Of a stretch of DNA of 64,000 bases, positions 40,614 through 55,555 are shown piece by piece. A program made the translations under genes and the position numbers. Within the stretch, counting starts at the first letter, position 1. Every line of letters begins with the position of its first letter. The notes beneath the pieces are model-generated. The model saw only the letters and a program-made list of their open reading frames with translations. It was not told the origin of the DNA and ran no database searches. Where the stretch lies: the NCBI RefSeq assembly GCF_009914755.1, contig NC_060934.1, one strand, 5' to 3'. This DNA is from the human T2T-CHM13v2.0 reference genome, Homo sapiens.

Positions 40614-42267
40614 TGAATGAAGCCCATTCCATTTTTGTCGTTTCTGTTTCCTAGAAGCCTCCTAAGTGTATAGAAATTTTCATGCCTTACGTCCAGGAGA
40701 AGATGTTTCAGGATTGTCTGCCTGTTTCACGCACCAAGACATTCTAATCCACGCTCCTACTGTTGTTTTCCAAGAGATAGGTTTGGTCTTCTCAGCTCAT
40801 CCATGGCTTTTCCTACAGTTTTTCTATGAGAAAAATTTTCCTGTGAAAACAGATAGTGTCCTAGGGAGAAAACATTTGCTATGGTTTTACTGGGCCACGA
40901 TTGCCATGATATTGCCCTAATGTTATCAAATGGTTTAGATCTGAGGTAGAAGACAAATTTAGGAAAAGCCAGCAACTGACGTTGATGATAACAACTGTAG
41001 GAGGTATTTTTGTCTTTTTAAGACAGTCCTGAGTGGCTCCATTAGAGTACATCTAGATTTACCTGTCTTCTGATTATTTTCCAGTATCCAAGAGTTCTCA
41101 GAAAAATATTTCCCCTGATCCACAAGCAGAGTTTTTCTTTCTTATAGTTTGGAGCTGAAGTTAAAATCTCTCTCTCCTCTACAGGCTGTTGAATTGTATG
41201 TAAAGGCTTGGGACTCTGGTGTGGCACTTAAGTACTTTTTATCAACCTTCAGGCTTTAGACAGTCTCATTGCCTTAGCCCACAATTCCTGGAATCTGTGA
41301 AGGCAATTTATTCTGAAAATTCCACTTACCGAAAAGTAACTTCATTTTTCCATTAAACGAATTGAAGTTTCAAACTCCTTGTTTATTGCTGGTCTAACAA
41401 GGCCATTAATACGTCCTGTCCTCTCTGCTTTAGTGATAGCAGGCAGCTTGCGGACTCCCAGCTGCACTGGCCAGATAACCAGTGACAGAGTGTGTCATGG
41501 CAGGTGCTAGAGTTTCAGAGTTGAACCCAACTAATTTTTGAAACTTTAATGATTATAATGAGGCAGTTTCCATGTTTTCCAATCATTGTTTACTCAAAGG
41601 CCTCCTACAGACTATAGAAACATAACCGGATTCCTTGGGTTTTTATAGATGGCAATAACAGAACTAGATTAAAGATGAATGTACAGTGTCCTTAACCCTT
41701 TGTTAATTGGTTGTCTCTGAAGAAAATGATTTCTGTGTGATAACAGTGATATCTATAAAAGGGGATATGACTCCCTTTGCCATGTTATCATGCTTCTCTG
41801 TGGGTGTATATCACCTGTATCTCTACAGATCCTGCAGCAGTGGTTTTGCGTGGATATCATCTTGAGTATTCCCTTTTCTTTCTCTAGGTGCATCAGCATG
41901 CAGCTCCACTTGAAGTATTTGTTTTAAATGTCTGGCTATGCAAAGGACATTTCAGTGATGCAATTAAAAATGATTCTGTTGACTAAGCGGGTACTCTATT
42001 GCTTTTCTAAAGAAGGCCTTTATTTGTGAATAGAGACCCACTGTGATAAGTTTCTCCTACCTATTGGTGCTGAGGCTGTATGGATTATGAGGACTCTTTA
42101 TTATGCTCCAGCGTGCTACCATTCTTTATATCTGAGGAAATGCATCTGGAAGATTTCCTGATGTATTTCTTTCTGGCATCTTTCTGTGTTGGGCAGATAC
42201 TTATATGCTTGCCTGCATGGAGCCCAGGCTTTAAATATTTTTTTTCAGTGGAAACTTTACTGTTTTA

Positions 42268-42510
42268 GGTATTAGACTCTGGAATCTCACTTCCTGGGTC
42301 CACATCTTAGGTCTGCCATTTACTGTCTGTGTGACCTTGAGAGGGTAGGTAAGTAACTTACTTACTTTCTGGAGGCCTGTTTTCTCATCCTTAAACAGAG
42401 CTCAAGCAAGTTAATCCATGAAGGATACTTAGTCATCTTCAAAAAACCATAGGTACTCTCTTGCTCCTGTTTCTATAGGCCTATAATGAGTTATATGGTA
42501 AGTGTTAGCT
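42268..42510 (+). mobile_element. MIR relic
   Basis: tctgccatttactgtctgtgtgaccttg..ttttctcatc MIR core; boundaries approximate. Confidence 0.6.
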
Positions 42511-44042
42511 GCTGTTGTTTTTGTTAGTAATAATAGAAATATCATTATATGGTGAATCCAGCACAGATTTCAGTGCATATTTTTGTCATTACTCTTTTTA
42601 TTTTAAAATTCCTGTAATCATCTGTTAGCTCCATTTGGCATTCACTGAGCACCTGCCCTGTGCAGAGCACTGTGTTCCCTGTTTAGGAGAATTAGAAAGA
42701 TGGCAAGATTTTGTTCCTCTCCTTAAGCCTTACAGTCTAGTGAAGATAATCTGCCTTGAGTAGGGAAGAAAATATGTTCCTCTTTTAGGTATTTTAAGCA
42801 GTTGTTTTTCCTCTCACTTCAGTTCTGAAGATTTTAAGATTAAAAACCATAAATGGTTTTTGTTGATTAAAAGGACAGGAAGGAAACTCCATCATAACTT
42901 ACAGGTTATGATGATATTGCATTATGATAACTCTGTGACCAGTGATACCATCTTGAGTTTAGAGCTGACCCAGAGAAGTTAAACTGGCCTAAGGTCACCC
43001 AGCTGGTAAACTGAAAGAGAAGGCATCTGAATCTAGGTACCGCTGATTAAAACCCATGCTTCTTCTGTAATACTGTAATCCCCCTTAAAGGACTTTTGCA
43101 GTTATTGACATTTTCTCCCAGAAAAAAAAACTTACATAAAACATTTTTTAAAGTCTCCAGGAACAAAATATGACAAGCTTCTTTGTTATCTGTACCAATG
43201 GTTAGCAGCTTTTCACTGTCAGAAAAATCTTCCTTAGGTCTAACTTAAATCTGCATGATAGTTTAAACCAGTGTCCTCTTGTTTTTTCCTTAGTAGAAAT
43301 AGAGAATATCTGCATACTATTTTGTTCTAACAACTTTAACGCTAAAGATTAGGGGCAGATTGTTTAGAAATGAGGAAATCTGGGCTCTAATAGAGCTTTT
43401 GCCATTAACTAGCTGCGTGGCCATGGGCAAGTCAGTTATACTTCTCTGTGCCCCCTGGTTTCCAGCAAAGCGAAAGTACTCCTCAGCCTACCTAATCATG
43501 GAGAATTTTTTGAGCACAGAATAAGTTAACATATGTAAAAATGTTTGGAAAAGTGCTTTACAAATTCAGGATATGATTATTGATATGACTGTTAAGAATT
43601 TAATGTTCATTATAATATGAGCTTGTAATGACAAATACGTATTATATACTGCTACTCTCCATCCATTACAAGTGGCAGATATTGTTAAATCAGTCATGAC
43701 ATTCTTTCTTGGTGAGTTTTGACATGACCATTGCCAATTTATCAGAATTAGCATGGGAATTGAAATCTATATATCATCCTGTTATAATATGGTATAATAA
43801 TCTCCCAGCCTTTCTTTCTCCCGCTTGAAGAGTTCTGCTGTCTAGCAACAGTGCCTGGTACATAAAAAGATACTCAGTACATGTTCATTGACCAAATACA
43901 TGGATGACATTGGTTACTCTAATTTTTCTTTGTAAATCTTGACTCTACTCTGAATGCTAAGTCCTCCATGTTTTTCTTTATAAAACCCAGAATGTGAAAC
44001 CTTCCTAATTAAGAATTTTGAATTTGTGATTTTGAGTTTTAA

Positions 44043-44372
<330 letters not shown>

Positions 44373-44401
44373 TAAAACCACATTTTAAAGACCAAACTCA
44401 G

Positions 44402-44800
<399 letters not shown>

Positions 44801-46129
44801 TCAGAATAAGCTATCTTCTCATTTTCAAAGCCTGCTACAATTTTATTTTAATTTATTTTCATTTTATTCTTGAAGGTAGGTGATTAATTGGCTGGTTCTG
44901 AAAGGCCATCTTTTGGGTCACAAGCCTGAAAGGCAAAGTAAGTAAACAGTAGCCCGCTCACCTAGTTTGATTAATTAAATCACAAAGAACTTCAAACCAT
45001 CTCTATAAGATAGTAATAAATTTAATCACAGTTCATACCTTCTGAAAACCTTCTTTAGACTTTCCATTATTCTGCCTTAAAGGGCAGTGTGGCATTGCTG
45101 ATTCATAATCTAGGTCTTAGGGTATTTTCTTGGCGTTTTTTCTCCCCTGATGTCTGAAGTTCATTTCTAACCACATTTTTTTTTTTTTTTTCATTTTAAT
45201 GTGACTTTTTTTCTGTGATGTAGCGTTTACTCATTTTTTGGTGTCAATTGCTGTTTAATAAACCTAATACCTTTGCCTAGATCAGAGATGAAAATGTTAA
45301 CTAGGACTAACTAACTGACCAGGTCACCAGCTGTTGCTAAAATAAATAGTACATGGTTCCTTGTGTTAACACTTAATACATTGATAATTATTCTACTCTC
45401 TAGAGTTAAATGCCCCCTTATGGGATTCAGACTGTATTTTTCCATATATTATGATCATATAAATATTTAGTAAACTTAAAATCTAAAACTTTGCTAAAAT
45501 TAAGAGGTTATTTAGATTACTTCTCCTTGATCTACTATGTCCGTCACTCTAAAAGAAGGGAATAAGATTCGTTTGACCAGACGCGTTCTTCACAAAGCAT
45601 GTTGTCTATTGTTCTGTATGTGACTACAGTAGATTTTGTGATTATTTTTCATAGATCTAGAATAAATTTTGAAAGTCTTTAATTTACATCCTCTCTCTGC
45701 TTTTTTTAAAACATGACACCAAACTGGCCCTTTTACAATCTTCAACGCTTTACATTCTCTTATGTAAAGTCTTGACTGCACCGTGATTGCAGGCAACTCA
45801 TTTAATATAGTCATTTCTGTTGATTGATTTATTATATTGGAGAATGAAAGTTTTCAGGGCCAGCCAATGTGAATGTTTTAGGTCAATCATTTTGTGCTGA
45901 ATTTTCTATTTTTTCTTAATTCCTTGCCCTTGTGTCTACTGTTGGGCTTTCTCTTTATTCTTTTAATTGTTGGAGGTCAAGTTAGTAGGAGCTTTGTTTC
46001 ATGCAGTTTATCAGCTATTATCTGCTTTCCTTTCTCTTTAATAAAGGGACATGTTTCTTTGTCTTTCTGTTTATACAATTTTTTTCATATTTTTTTCCCT
46101 TGTAGATATTTTCAGATGTCAGGATAGTA

Positions 46130-46275
46130 GAAAGTGTGCTGGTGAAGAATTAAGGATCTGGGTCCCAGATTCAGTTCTTTCACTGGCTGTGTAACCTTAG
46201 GCAAGTCATTTCAGCTCTCTGAGCTTCTGTTTCCTCATCTTTAAAATAAAGAAATTATTATTTCCTATCCTGACC
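46130..46275 (+). mobile_element. MIR relic
   Basis: ggctgtgtaaccttaggcaagtcatttcagctctctgagcttctgtttcctcatctttaaaat. Confidence 0.7.
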
Positions 46276-46441
46276 TACATTTCTCTATTCTATTCATGTT
46301 CTTGTATTTCTAAATTTACACCTCACATTTTCACTATTTCTTTGTGCTTCTCAATTTGTCTTCCTACTCTTACTAGTTTTTTCATATGGCTTACCATTAG
46401 AATCTATTTACTTTTATTAGAAAGTGTTAGGAAATGTTTCA

Positions 46442-46738
46442 GGCCGGGCACAGTGGCTCACGCCTGTCATCCCAGCACTTTGGGAGGCCGAGGTGGGCAG
46501 ATTACCTGAGCTCAGGAGTTCAAGACCATTCTGGCTAGCATGGCGAAACTCTGTCTCTACTACATATACAAAAAAATTAGCCAGGCATGGTGGCATGTGC
46601 CTGTTACTCAAGAGCTACTCAGGAGACTGAGGCATGAGAATTGCTTGAACCTGGGAGGCGGAGGTTGCAGTAAGCCAAGATCACACCACTGCACTCCACC
46701 CTGGGTGACAGAGCGAGACTCCATCTCCAAAAAAAAAG
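46442..46738 (+). mobile_element. Full-length AluS
   Basis: ggccgggcacagtggctcacgcctgt..poly-A. Confidence 0.93.
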
Positions 46739-48432
46739 GTTCAGAATTCTGAACTTTCCAGATTTTAGAAAGGTAATATGGTATCTGTCTTATAACGCCA
46801 AAATCAGACACATTAATATTTCTGCAGCAGAGTGTGTGACTGTTCACACTAAATGGGATATGTAAAGACTATAAATAGCTTCGTATCCTTTCAAGTTAGA
46901 TTTGCCTCCATCGATTAATTTTGGCCCCAAGCTTTAAAGAAAGCAATAACTTTGTTTTCAGAATTGTTTTGATTTTGGAATTGTGTGTTATGGGCCTGTT
47001 ATATTTTTCTACTGCTCTCGGATCTCTTCTCATATTACTCTTAAAGATTTAAGTTTCACACCTTATTGAAAAATTGGAGTTCTAATAATTTACTTTTCTG
47101 GTTTCTTCATTTTTCCTTGGGATGTAGAACCAGATTTTGATTGCTTTCATCCATTGCCTTTAGATCTCCTCCTAACTTCTCCATGTTTGTAAGAATCAAG
47201 ACCATGCTGCCTTCCTAAGAAATTCTGGAATCCATTAGACAAACCAGTTATCCTTTGTGCTGTCTCCTAGAGAACCCCAGTGCAGTTCAAGGCCTGCCTC
47301 AGTTCCAGGGCATTCTCTACCAGCCTTCATTTTGCAATTTGCAGACCACTGTTTTTTGCCTCTTGTAACTTTGCTGCTATATTCAGATAATGCCACAAGA
47401 TGGTGCCCAAATAGCAGTGAATTTCTTTTTCTCACATTTCCAAGTGCCAGTCAGCTTCATAACTAACTTCTTTGCCCTTAAAGTACAGTCAAATACAGTA
47501 TAGGAATGTTGTAAGGGATTCTGCTGATGAGGAAAGATATATCAGAATAGCAAGTGTTTATTCTGAATTCATCTCGATTTCTGTAATCTCCCTGGTTCAT
47601 GACTTGCTAAACCTTATACAGGCATTATCAATTTGGAACAGTAAGAAGGAAGCATTTAGGCTTACCATCTATGATGTAGGCTTATCCCCATTTTATGGTG
47701 TCAAGATAAATGACTAGCCATGCAATTGGAACTGGTATTGTGGCACCTAAAGGAGCGCTTGGGTCACCAGACTGTTGTATGGTCCATATTTTCTCAGACC
47801 TTGGTGAAAGTGTTATGGAGAACCAAGCTTCTATATTAAAAATTGAAGATGAATTATCCAGATTTGTATATTTTTTGTTTTTAGAAATAGTTTTAGTTTT
47901 CCATATTGTAATTGTATATTCCAGAAGATTTCTGGCTCCTGGAAGTGCTCTGAAAATATTGAAATGTGGTTTGCCTCTGAAATATTTTTTCAATAAAGTT
48001 TTAGAGAGGAGATATGAGTAAAGCCCAGGGGCTACCATTTCCATTTAAGCAACAAAATAGAAGAATATCAATACATATCCTTGATACTTATTGAAATATT
48101 TGTAAAGATCAGTAAGCTGAGAATAATGGGCAATTGTGTTGAAGCACTAAACATAGTTGAAAAGTAGAATTTAAATATGTATTAGCAAGACTAGAATCTG
48201 AGTCCCTACTAGATTCTGACTTATTCCATATACTTCTATTAGCCTCAGATATTTTTTATTATATAGTAGTAAATGTAATGACTTACAGTAGTATCATTTT
48301 CACTTACAAAGCACTTAGGAAATTAAAGGAATTAACTCTTGTTATCAGGTAAGAGAGACCAGGATATCCACTTGTCTCATGACTAAAGTTTGCCTTGTAA
48401 TTTGGACTAAGGGAAAGTCATTGGTTATATGA

Positions 48433-48537
<105 letters not shown>

Positions 48538-49251
48538 ACATCACTCAATGAAAGGGATAATTCCATGAATCAGAAAATGTTTCCATAGCCTTCAGATAAG
48601 ATGATCCTTCCAGAGCTCTATGTACATGCAGATGTGCATGTTAAAGAGATAAAGTGATCGAGACAAGGACTGACTGGGTATAGAAGGAAGACAGACTCCT
48701 GTCTTCACTCCTAAATGCAGTTCTTTGGAATCACCCTACTGTGGTGGGCGTAGTAGGGAGCCATCAGCTAGGAAGAAACGTGGGAGATGTGAATTCCAAG
48801 AGTTGCCTGGACAGGGCAAGTCATGTTAGCGTGGGTCACACTTCCAAGATATTTAAAGCAAATACAAAACAGAACAGAGGATTCAAACCGCAAGTATGGG
48901 AGATTTAGGCCCTGCAGAGGCAGACCATTCCTTAGTATCTCACAAAGCAGAGTAATACTGGAGGCAGAGTAGGGGGTGGTTGGAGAGCAGTTAGTACAAA
49001 GAGGCAGAACAGTGTCTGGTTTACTTGGCATACACAGAATCTGCACTGCCGGTTCCAGAACTGCAAAGTTGGTGAACTACAGGAGATGTGGGTATTTAGA
49101 CTCCAAAGTTTATACTGAGCTCAGTGCCTGGGACCGCTCCAGCTGCACTGCAGCCAGGGGGGATACCAGCTTCATTCCTCAGAGTAAACCAACCTTGGGA
49201 GCTGTGTGCCAGTTCCAGTGTAAGCAGTAATACCATGTTGTAAGAGGGAAC

Positions 49252-49257
49252 ATTAAA
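49252..49257 (+). terminator. R3HCC1L: R3HCC1L poly(A) signal ATTAAA
   Basis: ATTAAA followed ~25 nt later by a GU/U-rich element tgtggtgtttgttggtttttgt. Confidence 0.8.
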
Positions 49258-52094
49258 GCCCATTTTATGACATATATCACTGTGGTGTTTGTTGGTTTTT
49301 GTCATTCCAACAAAGAAATAGGAGAGCAGCTTTCTTCTTATCCTCATGCCTATAAGGCTGTGCATAAGTTAAATGGATCTGTTGTTTTTATTGAATCCCA
49401 GTGAGTAGAGAATTGATCATATCTCTGCCTCAGTATACTACAAAAGTGATTATCCTGGGACTGCTATGTGGTAGCTCCTCTCCCCTTCATATCTTCCTTG
49501 TACACCCTCATTCCAACCTTTTTCTTGCTTTCTGCTATCTCTGCAAATCTGATACCCTGAAGAAGACATGTGGCACACCAGCGTGTTCTTGGTATGATCT
49601 TCTCAACCTATGCCAGAAGTACTTGGCAAGCAGCACCAGACCATCCGTTACAATGACAAGCAGCCAGGATAAAATAAACACCTCTGGGCAGTGAGAGATT
49701 TCCTAAAGGATGTGGACAAGTCAAAGCCATCAACTCAGGCTTTATCCATCTCATGTCTGCATTCTCAGTGTTTTTGGAAAGTAGTTCTGCACTGAAGAAA
49801 TGGTAGCACTAGACCTTAGGATGCTGAGGTGGCAAGAAATAGTGGCTCATTGTGCTTTCAACTAGGGCAACGGCCTCATCTTTTAATGATTTAGTGCCCA
49901 TGACGATGATGAATTATTAGCATTACCTAGAACATGGTGGAGTAGGATTCTATTCAGATGTTTCTCAAATGACCCTGGCCTTGGATCTTGATCCTTACCC
50001 AACTATCCCTGCTGCTATTGAGATACTACAACCTTCTCCCAGTTCCTCAGCATTGTTTTCCTCATTCGTGGTTGGCTCTACTAGTGTCCTTTGTTCATGT
50101 TCAGTGACTCCATGCCAAATTTAGGGATTAAGTAAGTTGTTCTCTTGACCCTCTCCACTAGTACTTTGTCCAAGTGCCCCTCTCTTTGGCCTATAGCAAC
50201 AAGACTAGTGCTCTCTGTCTTCATGGAACAGACTTCTCTAAGATAGGTCTGAACAGTGCAGCTCCATTTGAAAGGAAATGCAGGGAATTGCAGCCTGACT
50301 TCATACTGAATGGTATACCTCTGAGTTATACCTTTGCTCTGCTTTGATTCTTCAAGGCCAAGAGTGACCTTGGGCAGTACAAAAGAGATGACTACTCCTG
50401 TCACTTGCCTGTGAGGATGCTTCTTCCTGGCTACACTTTAGCTTTTAAAGGCATTGTTAATGGTAACATATAGCCCCATGTTTATTTCCCAGTTTTCTTG
50501 TAATCTTCGTAATTTCAATAACTTATTTTGGTTCTCATTCTAATGCTGTATGCTAGTAGCCTGTCCTTTTTTTCAGCCAATAGTCAGCCACCTCTAACTT
50601 TCCAGATTTATCCTTATAACCAGACCCAGAGAAAGGATTTTTTTTTAAGCCTACACTTGAAAATTATGGAGTGTTGCTGCTTCTACCATTAGTAGAGAAT
50701 GTGCTTTTTAGTTACATTATTCAAGTAGTTGGGATTGATGTATGCTAGCTGGAGGTAAGAGCTCCTGCTATGGCCCAGCACAGACTATATTGAGCTTTTC
50801 CAGATGGGAATTAAATCCTTGGGCACATCCAAGCCATGCTTTCTCAAGCTGAGTTAGCTGGAGAGCACCCTGTAGCTGCCACTGGTGCCTTTGTTAGATA
50901 TTCAGGAAGACAGCTAATGTACTCTGCTGTGCATATGTGTTGAACATCTAAATCTCAGGATTACCTGGAATTTAGTAGAAAAGTACATTTCCCATTAGTT
51001 ATGATATGCTCTTCATAGAGTGAAAGTCTTTGTAGTATAAAGGTAAGTTAGGCTTCTGAAGACTAAGCTGACATTCTTAGCACCTTAGTTTCTCTGAGGC
51101 TAAAGTATGCTGAGATGAAAGTCTTTTGACATTTTTGGTTCTACCTGGAATTTGGTGGTTGGTATTCTGTTAACATTCCTCATCTAGTTATAAGTCATGC
51201 CAGCCACCAGTCTTCCCATGTCCTTCCCTTTCAGCTCAGAGTTGTAACAGCACAACCCTTGTATGGCCTTTTCCAAGAATTAGAACTGGCTGCACCTATC
51301 AAACGTGTAATGTGGGCAGCAAGGCTGAGACCAGAGCCGGTGGCTGGCTGCCTGGCCTGTTTTTTTGGTCCCTCTTAGAAACTGGATCCAGCAAGCAGCT
51401 GTGGGTAACCTCCCTGCTTGAATCTAGTCATCAGTCACCACATGCTCCCCTGCTAGCTGCACATTCTTTCACAGACCATTAGCTGCATGTGTGAGCATAA
51501 TGTTGTTACTGTTTGGGGGATGTTTGCTGGATCCAACAGGAAATCAGTCCTTCCCTTGTTTACCTAAACTGCCATGCCAAAATATAATGCTCCCTCTGCC
51601 TAATGAAGGAGATGAGGGAGTTGAGGAGAGGGAAGGTCGGGGATAAGGAAGAAAGCACTTCTTTGTATTCACAGAGGGTTCCCCGGAACATGTCCCTTTT
51701 TACTCCCTAAGGAGGGGGTAGCTCTTGTGATGTGGTGGCTCTTGTGATGTGGTGGGGGTAGTGCTGTTGTAAATCTGCTCCATCTGCTACCATTTATTTT
51801 GGCTTCGCAGCCTTGATTATAAAAGTTTGCAATCCTCAGACTTTACCTTCTTGCCCCTATCCTTCACCCCTTAACCTTTCTAACCCGTGTTTCAGCTCTA
51901 AGCCTGGGGAGGCTGACTGGGAAGCAGACTTATGTCTGATTGGAGAAATGTAGATGGGCAGTCATGAGAAGCATGTGTGCCCTGTGTATCCCAGGCCCTG
52001 GCTCCATGGGAGGCAAAAGGGTAGGTCTGTGGTTCTGGGGTGTGTACATAATCACAGCTGGTCTGGTCTTTGTAGCAGTCCATAATGAGCAACT

Positions 52095-52100
52095 TTTATT
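52095..52100 (-). terminator. LOXL4: LOXL4 probable main poly(A) signal AATAAA
   Basis: tttatt on +; ~1.2 kb downstream of the stop codon; other AATAAA at 52191 and 52387. Confidence 0.6.
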
Positions 52101-53299
52101 GGCATTAGGGTGTCAGTCCTGTAAGGATCATCACTTAAGTGTGTCTCAGTGGAGAAAAGATCAAGAATCATGTCAAGAAGACCATGGGGTTTTATTCCAC
52201 TTGAGCAAGAGCAAATCAGAGCCCCATCAAGCAGGAATGGTGGCCTTTCCCAGGTTCCATCCTTAACTAAACTGACTGTTCCCCCTTCTGATTTCTCCAC
52301 GGTCTTCTGTCTCTTGCTCTGCCAAACTTGTTTTCTTATCTCTGTAGAGATGAGTGGCTTGTTTGATGTTCTTTCCATGGCAAAAATTTATTCAATGCAA
52401 AGTTCACTTCAGACACTTGGTTGAGACTTGAAGTTTAGACCAATCCTGAGATGCGTGGTGATCCTGAGAGAGAGCAGACTGCCTGCCAGGTAAATGGTCC
52501 ATATTATTTCCTTGGCAGAGGCCCTGACAGGGGCTGGGGTCCGTGTTACCTCAGCAGTCTTTCTGCTTGGCCTACTCTTGCTGCTCTGTAGGAAGGCCCT
52601 ATCTGGCCATTTCTGTGAAACTTGCCCCTTCTCAAGCACTCCGTAACTGTTGGTGTTGGCCCATCAGGCAATAAGGGGATGCCCGAGGTCTGTGCTTCCA
52701 AGGATAATAGAAACACCCATGTGTGTGGTAAGATAAAGGTAAGGACACTAAAGAACAGAGTGTGAGAGGTGAGTTCTAAATAACAACAGATGAAGAAAGG
52801 ATTGGATCCACCAGCTTCTCTGCCAGTTGTGATTTTGATACAAGTTGTGTTGCTTTGAGCTCCTAGCAGAGAGCTAACACTACCTGCTGTGTATTTTGGT
52901 CCTCTGTCCTATACTCCTCCAAGACATTTGCAAAGCACCACTTAGATGGGGGACTGGGCCATAGTCCATCCCTAAGAAACTGAGAGCTCCTGAATCCCGG
53001 ATCTCTGTGGCAAGATTCAGGGATGACTGGGTTTCCTTACAGAAGAGGAGCTCAGCTAAGCAAAGCCTGGAGGACATATTCCATAGGCCACAGGCCCTTA
53101 GGGGCAGGCCCAGAGCCATCCTGAGGGAGCAATACCATCTGGATTGGTGATCTTGCCATCAAAAGGCTTCCTGAGCAGGTTCTTGGTGCCCCTTGGCACT
53201 GGCCCTTTTCCTCTGAGTTGGGACTCTGTGAAGGGCATGGCTCCAATAAGCTGAGGTATCTGGTGTATCGGCAGCAGCTAGGAGTGTGCAGTGACAGCT

Positions 53300-53370
53300 T
53301 CAGATGAGGTTGTTCCTGAGACGCTGTTCCTGCTCCAGGGAGAGTTCTGCATTGGCTGGGTATGAATTCC
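53300..53370 (-). CDS. LOXL4: LOXL4 terminal coding exon (15): GNSYPANAELSLEQEQRLRNNLI*
   Basis: cccacag|GG...ATC TGA; 71 nt, in phase with the preceding exon. Confidence 0.95.
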
Positions 53371-55443
53371 CTGTGGGCCAAAGGAAAACAGGTAAGTAGC
53401 CAACCTTTCCAGTCTCATCCCTTCCCTGACAACTTACATAGATCCACTCTGCCCAGCTCATCCTTTATATCAAGTCATGGCATGGGCACAGACACCAATC
53501 ATTTTATAGAAATAGGCCTGGGACAGGTGTGTGGTTTCAGGAACATCAGGAAGAACAGGCTATTGATTGGAAAGAGTTGTGCTAGTTATTCTCCTTTGCC
53601 CCCCTCCCCAGGTTCATTCTCTGCCCTTTTTTCCCTCTGTGCCCTAGGAAGCTGATGCCTAGCGATTACATCACTCTGGCTCCTTTGTCCTCTTTTTTTG
53701 TTTGTTTGAGTTGGGTCAATGGAAAGCAACAGCAGAAGGTCAGAGGGTGGAAGGAGAGAGGCCGGATATTCCTTCCCCTACTTTGGCCCTGTGGTTCTGG
53801 CAGTGATGGTCTGTGACTCCTGTTCCAGCTAGGTTCACCCTCCTTCACAACTCTGGCTTGCACCTGGCTGCAAAGCAGCCCTTGCCCCTCTTCAAGCCTA
53901 AAGCAGATAACGGTTTTCTACTTTCTTTATGCTTGATGTCTCAACACTCCTTGTTTTCTTATAAATAGTCCTTTAATTAAATAAACTCAGACTCTCACCC
54001 GAGTGTGCCTTCTGTTTTCCGCACACTTCTGTTTAGCCCTGTTGGATCCTAAACACTGGCAAGAGGACCTGCAGGACTGCATTATTTTTCTTGCCCTTGT
54101 CACTGCCTGGGAACCCTTGCAGCCTGATTCCAGCATTATGGAGGATCTGCTGTCTCCGTGTGCGTAGCCTTGGATTCCAGTTCCTGGTTCCTCTCAATAT
54201 CCCTGTTTCATTTAAGTGGCAGCACAATCTACTCAGCCACACAAATTCGAAACCTTAGACTGTTCTTCCTCTTCTCATTTTCGTCCATCTGTTGCCACAG
54301 TTATTTTTTGAAAACCTAAATGATCTTTTGCCTCCTTGACTGAAATTTGTCAATAGTTCCCAGAAGCCCACGGGATAAAATCCATTATCTTAGAACTATC
54401 ACAACCCTCCCTGCAAAAAGCTCTAGTACTTAGTAAGTTTGAAGTATACAGCCCCATTTTACAAAACAGAAAACTCAGGTCGTGATTTCCTCACTGTCCT
54501 CCAGCTAGAAAGTGGTGGGACTGGATTCGGGTGACGCCTTCCAAAGCCCAGTCCTGTGCTCTTTCTCTACTCCTCCCATGTTTGACTTTGGCTCCTCCTT
54601 CAAACCTCAGATCAAATACTACTTCTGTGAAGCTTGTGCTAGCCCCCAACAGGTTGCTTTCTGTCTGTGCTTGCTCAGCATTCAGTCCACACATTAGTAG
54701 TATTGGGGCTATTTGCATGTGTGCATACCCTATCTGACACTTACATTCCCAGTTTCTGGGGCACAGCGTTCAACACAATAGTGAGCCTTAGTAAATGTTT
54801 GTTGACTGAATGAACAACTCTGCCCCATCCCACCGCACATATGCAAGTATGAGTGAATGCATATCCCATAGCAAATATGGGCATTTTTAACCCTTGAAGA
54901 TAGAGGGAGTCTTTACTGACAGAACAGCCCCTCTTCTCTGCCCCCACTGGATCATGATGCTTCCTTTGACTGATGCTACCAATCCTGTAAGTGGCTCTGT
55001 TTTCCATGGTCCCCTTCTTGCAAGCAGTGATCACAGCTGGAGACAGCAACACAGAGCAAGAGGACTACTTTTGCCTGTGAGGACCCTAACCCTAACTTCT
55101 ATATGAAAGAGAAAGGAAAAATAATGGACTTGAAAATCCTGACATGGCTTGAGGTGACAGGAAAGATTCTAGAACAGATTGGAAACTGAGTTTACAATCA
55201 AACAGCCTTAAGTGCAAACAGGGATGTAGAAGATGTAGTTATTGGGTGAAGCCGATGGTCTGACCAGTTCTAGAAGTCTGCCTTGTAAGATGTCAAAGGA
55301 AATGCATCTCTGTTCCATCCATAGCCTTTTGCACACCACACACATACAAGTCACACGCTGGAGTGTGGGAGCAGAGGGTACATTTACAGTGTTCCAGCTC
55401 CCTGAGCCTATAGATGGCTGATTCCACAGTGGCTCGGAGTTAC

Positions 55444-55555
55444 CTGTGTGGCAGTTGTGCAGCCAGACCCGGTGCCCATCATACTTGCAGCGGCACTGCA
55501 GCATATTGTTGGAGAAATCTGACTCTGCCACTTCATAGTGGGGGTTCACAATCAC
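55444..55555 (-). CDS. LOXL4: LOXL4 exon 14 (VIVNPHYEVAESDFSNNMLQCRCKYDGHRVWLHNCHT)
   Basis: tctag|GTG...ACAG|gtaact; 112 nt; C-terminal part of the LOX domain. Confidence 0.96.
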
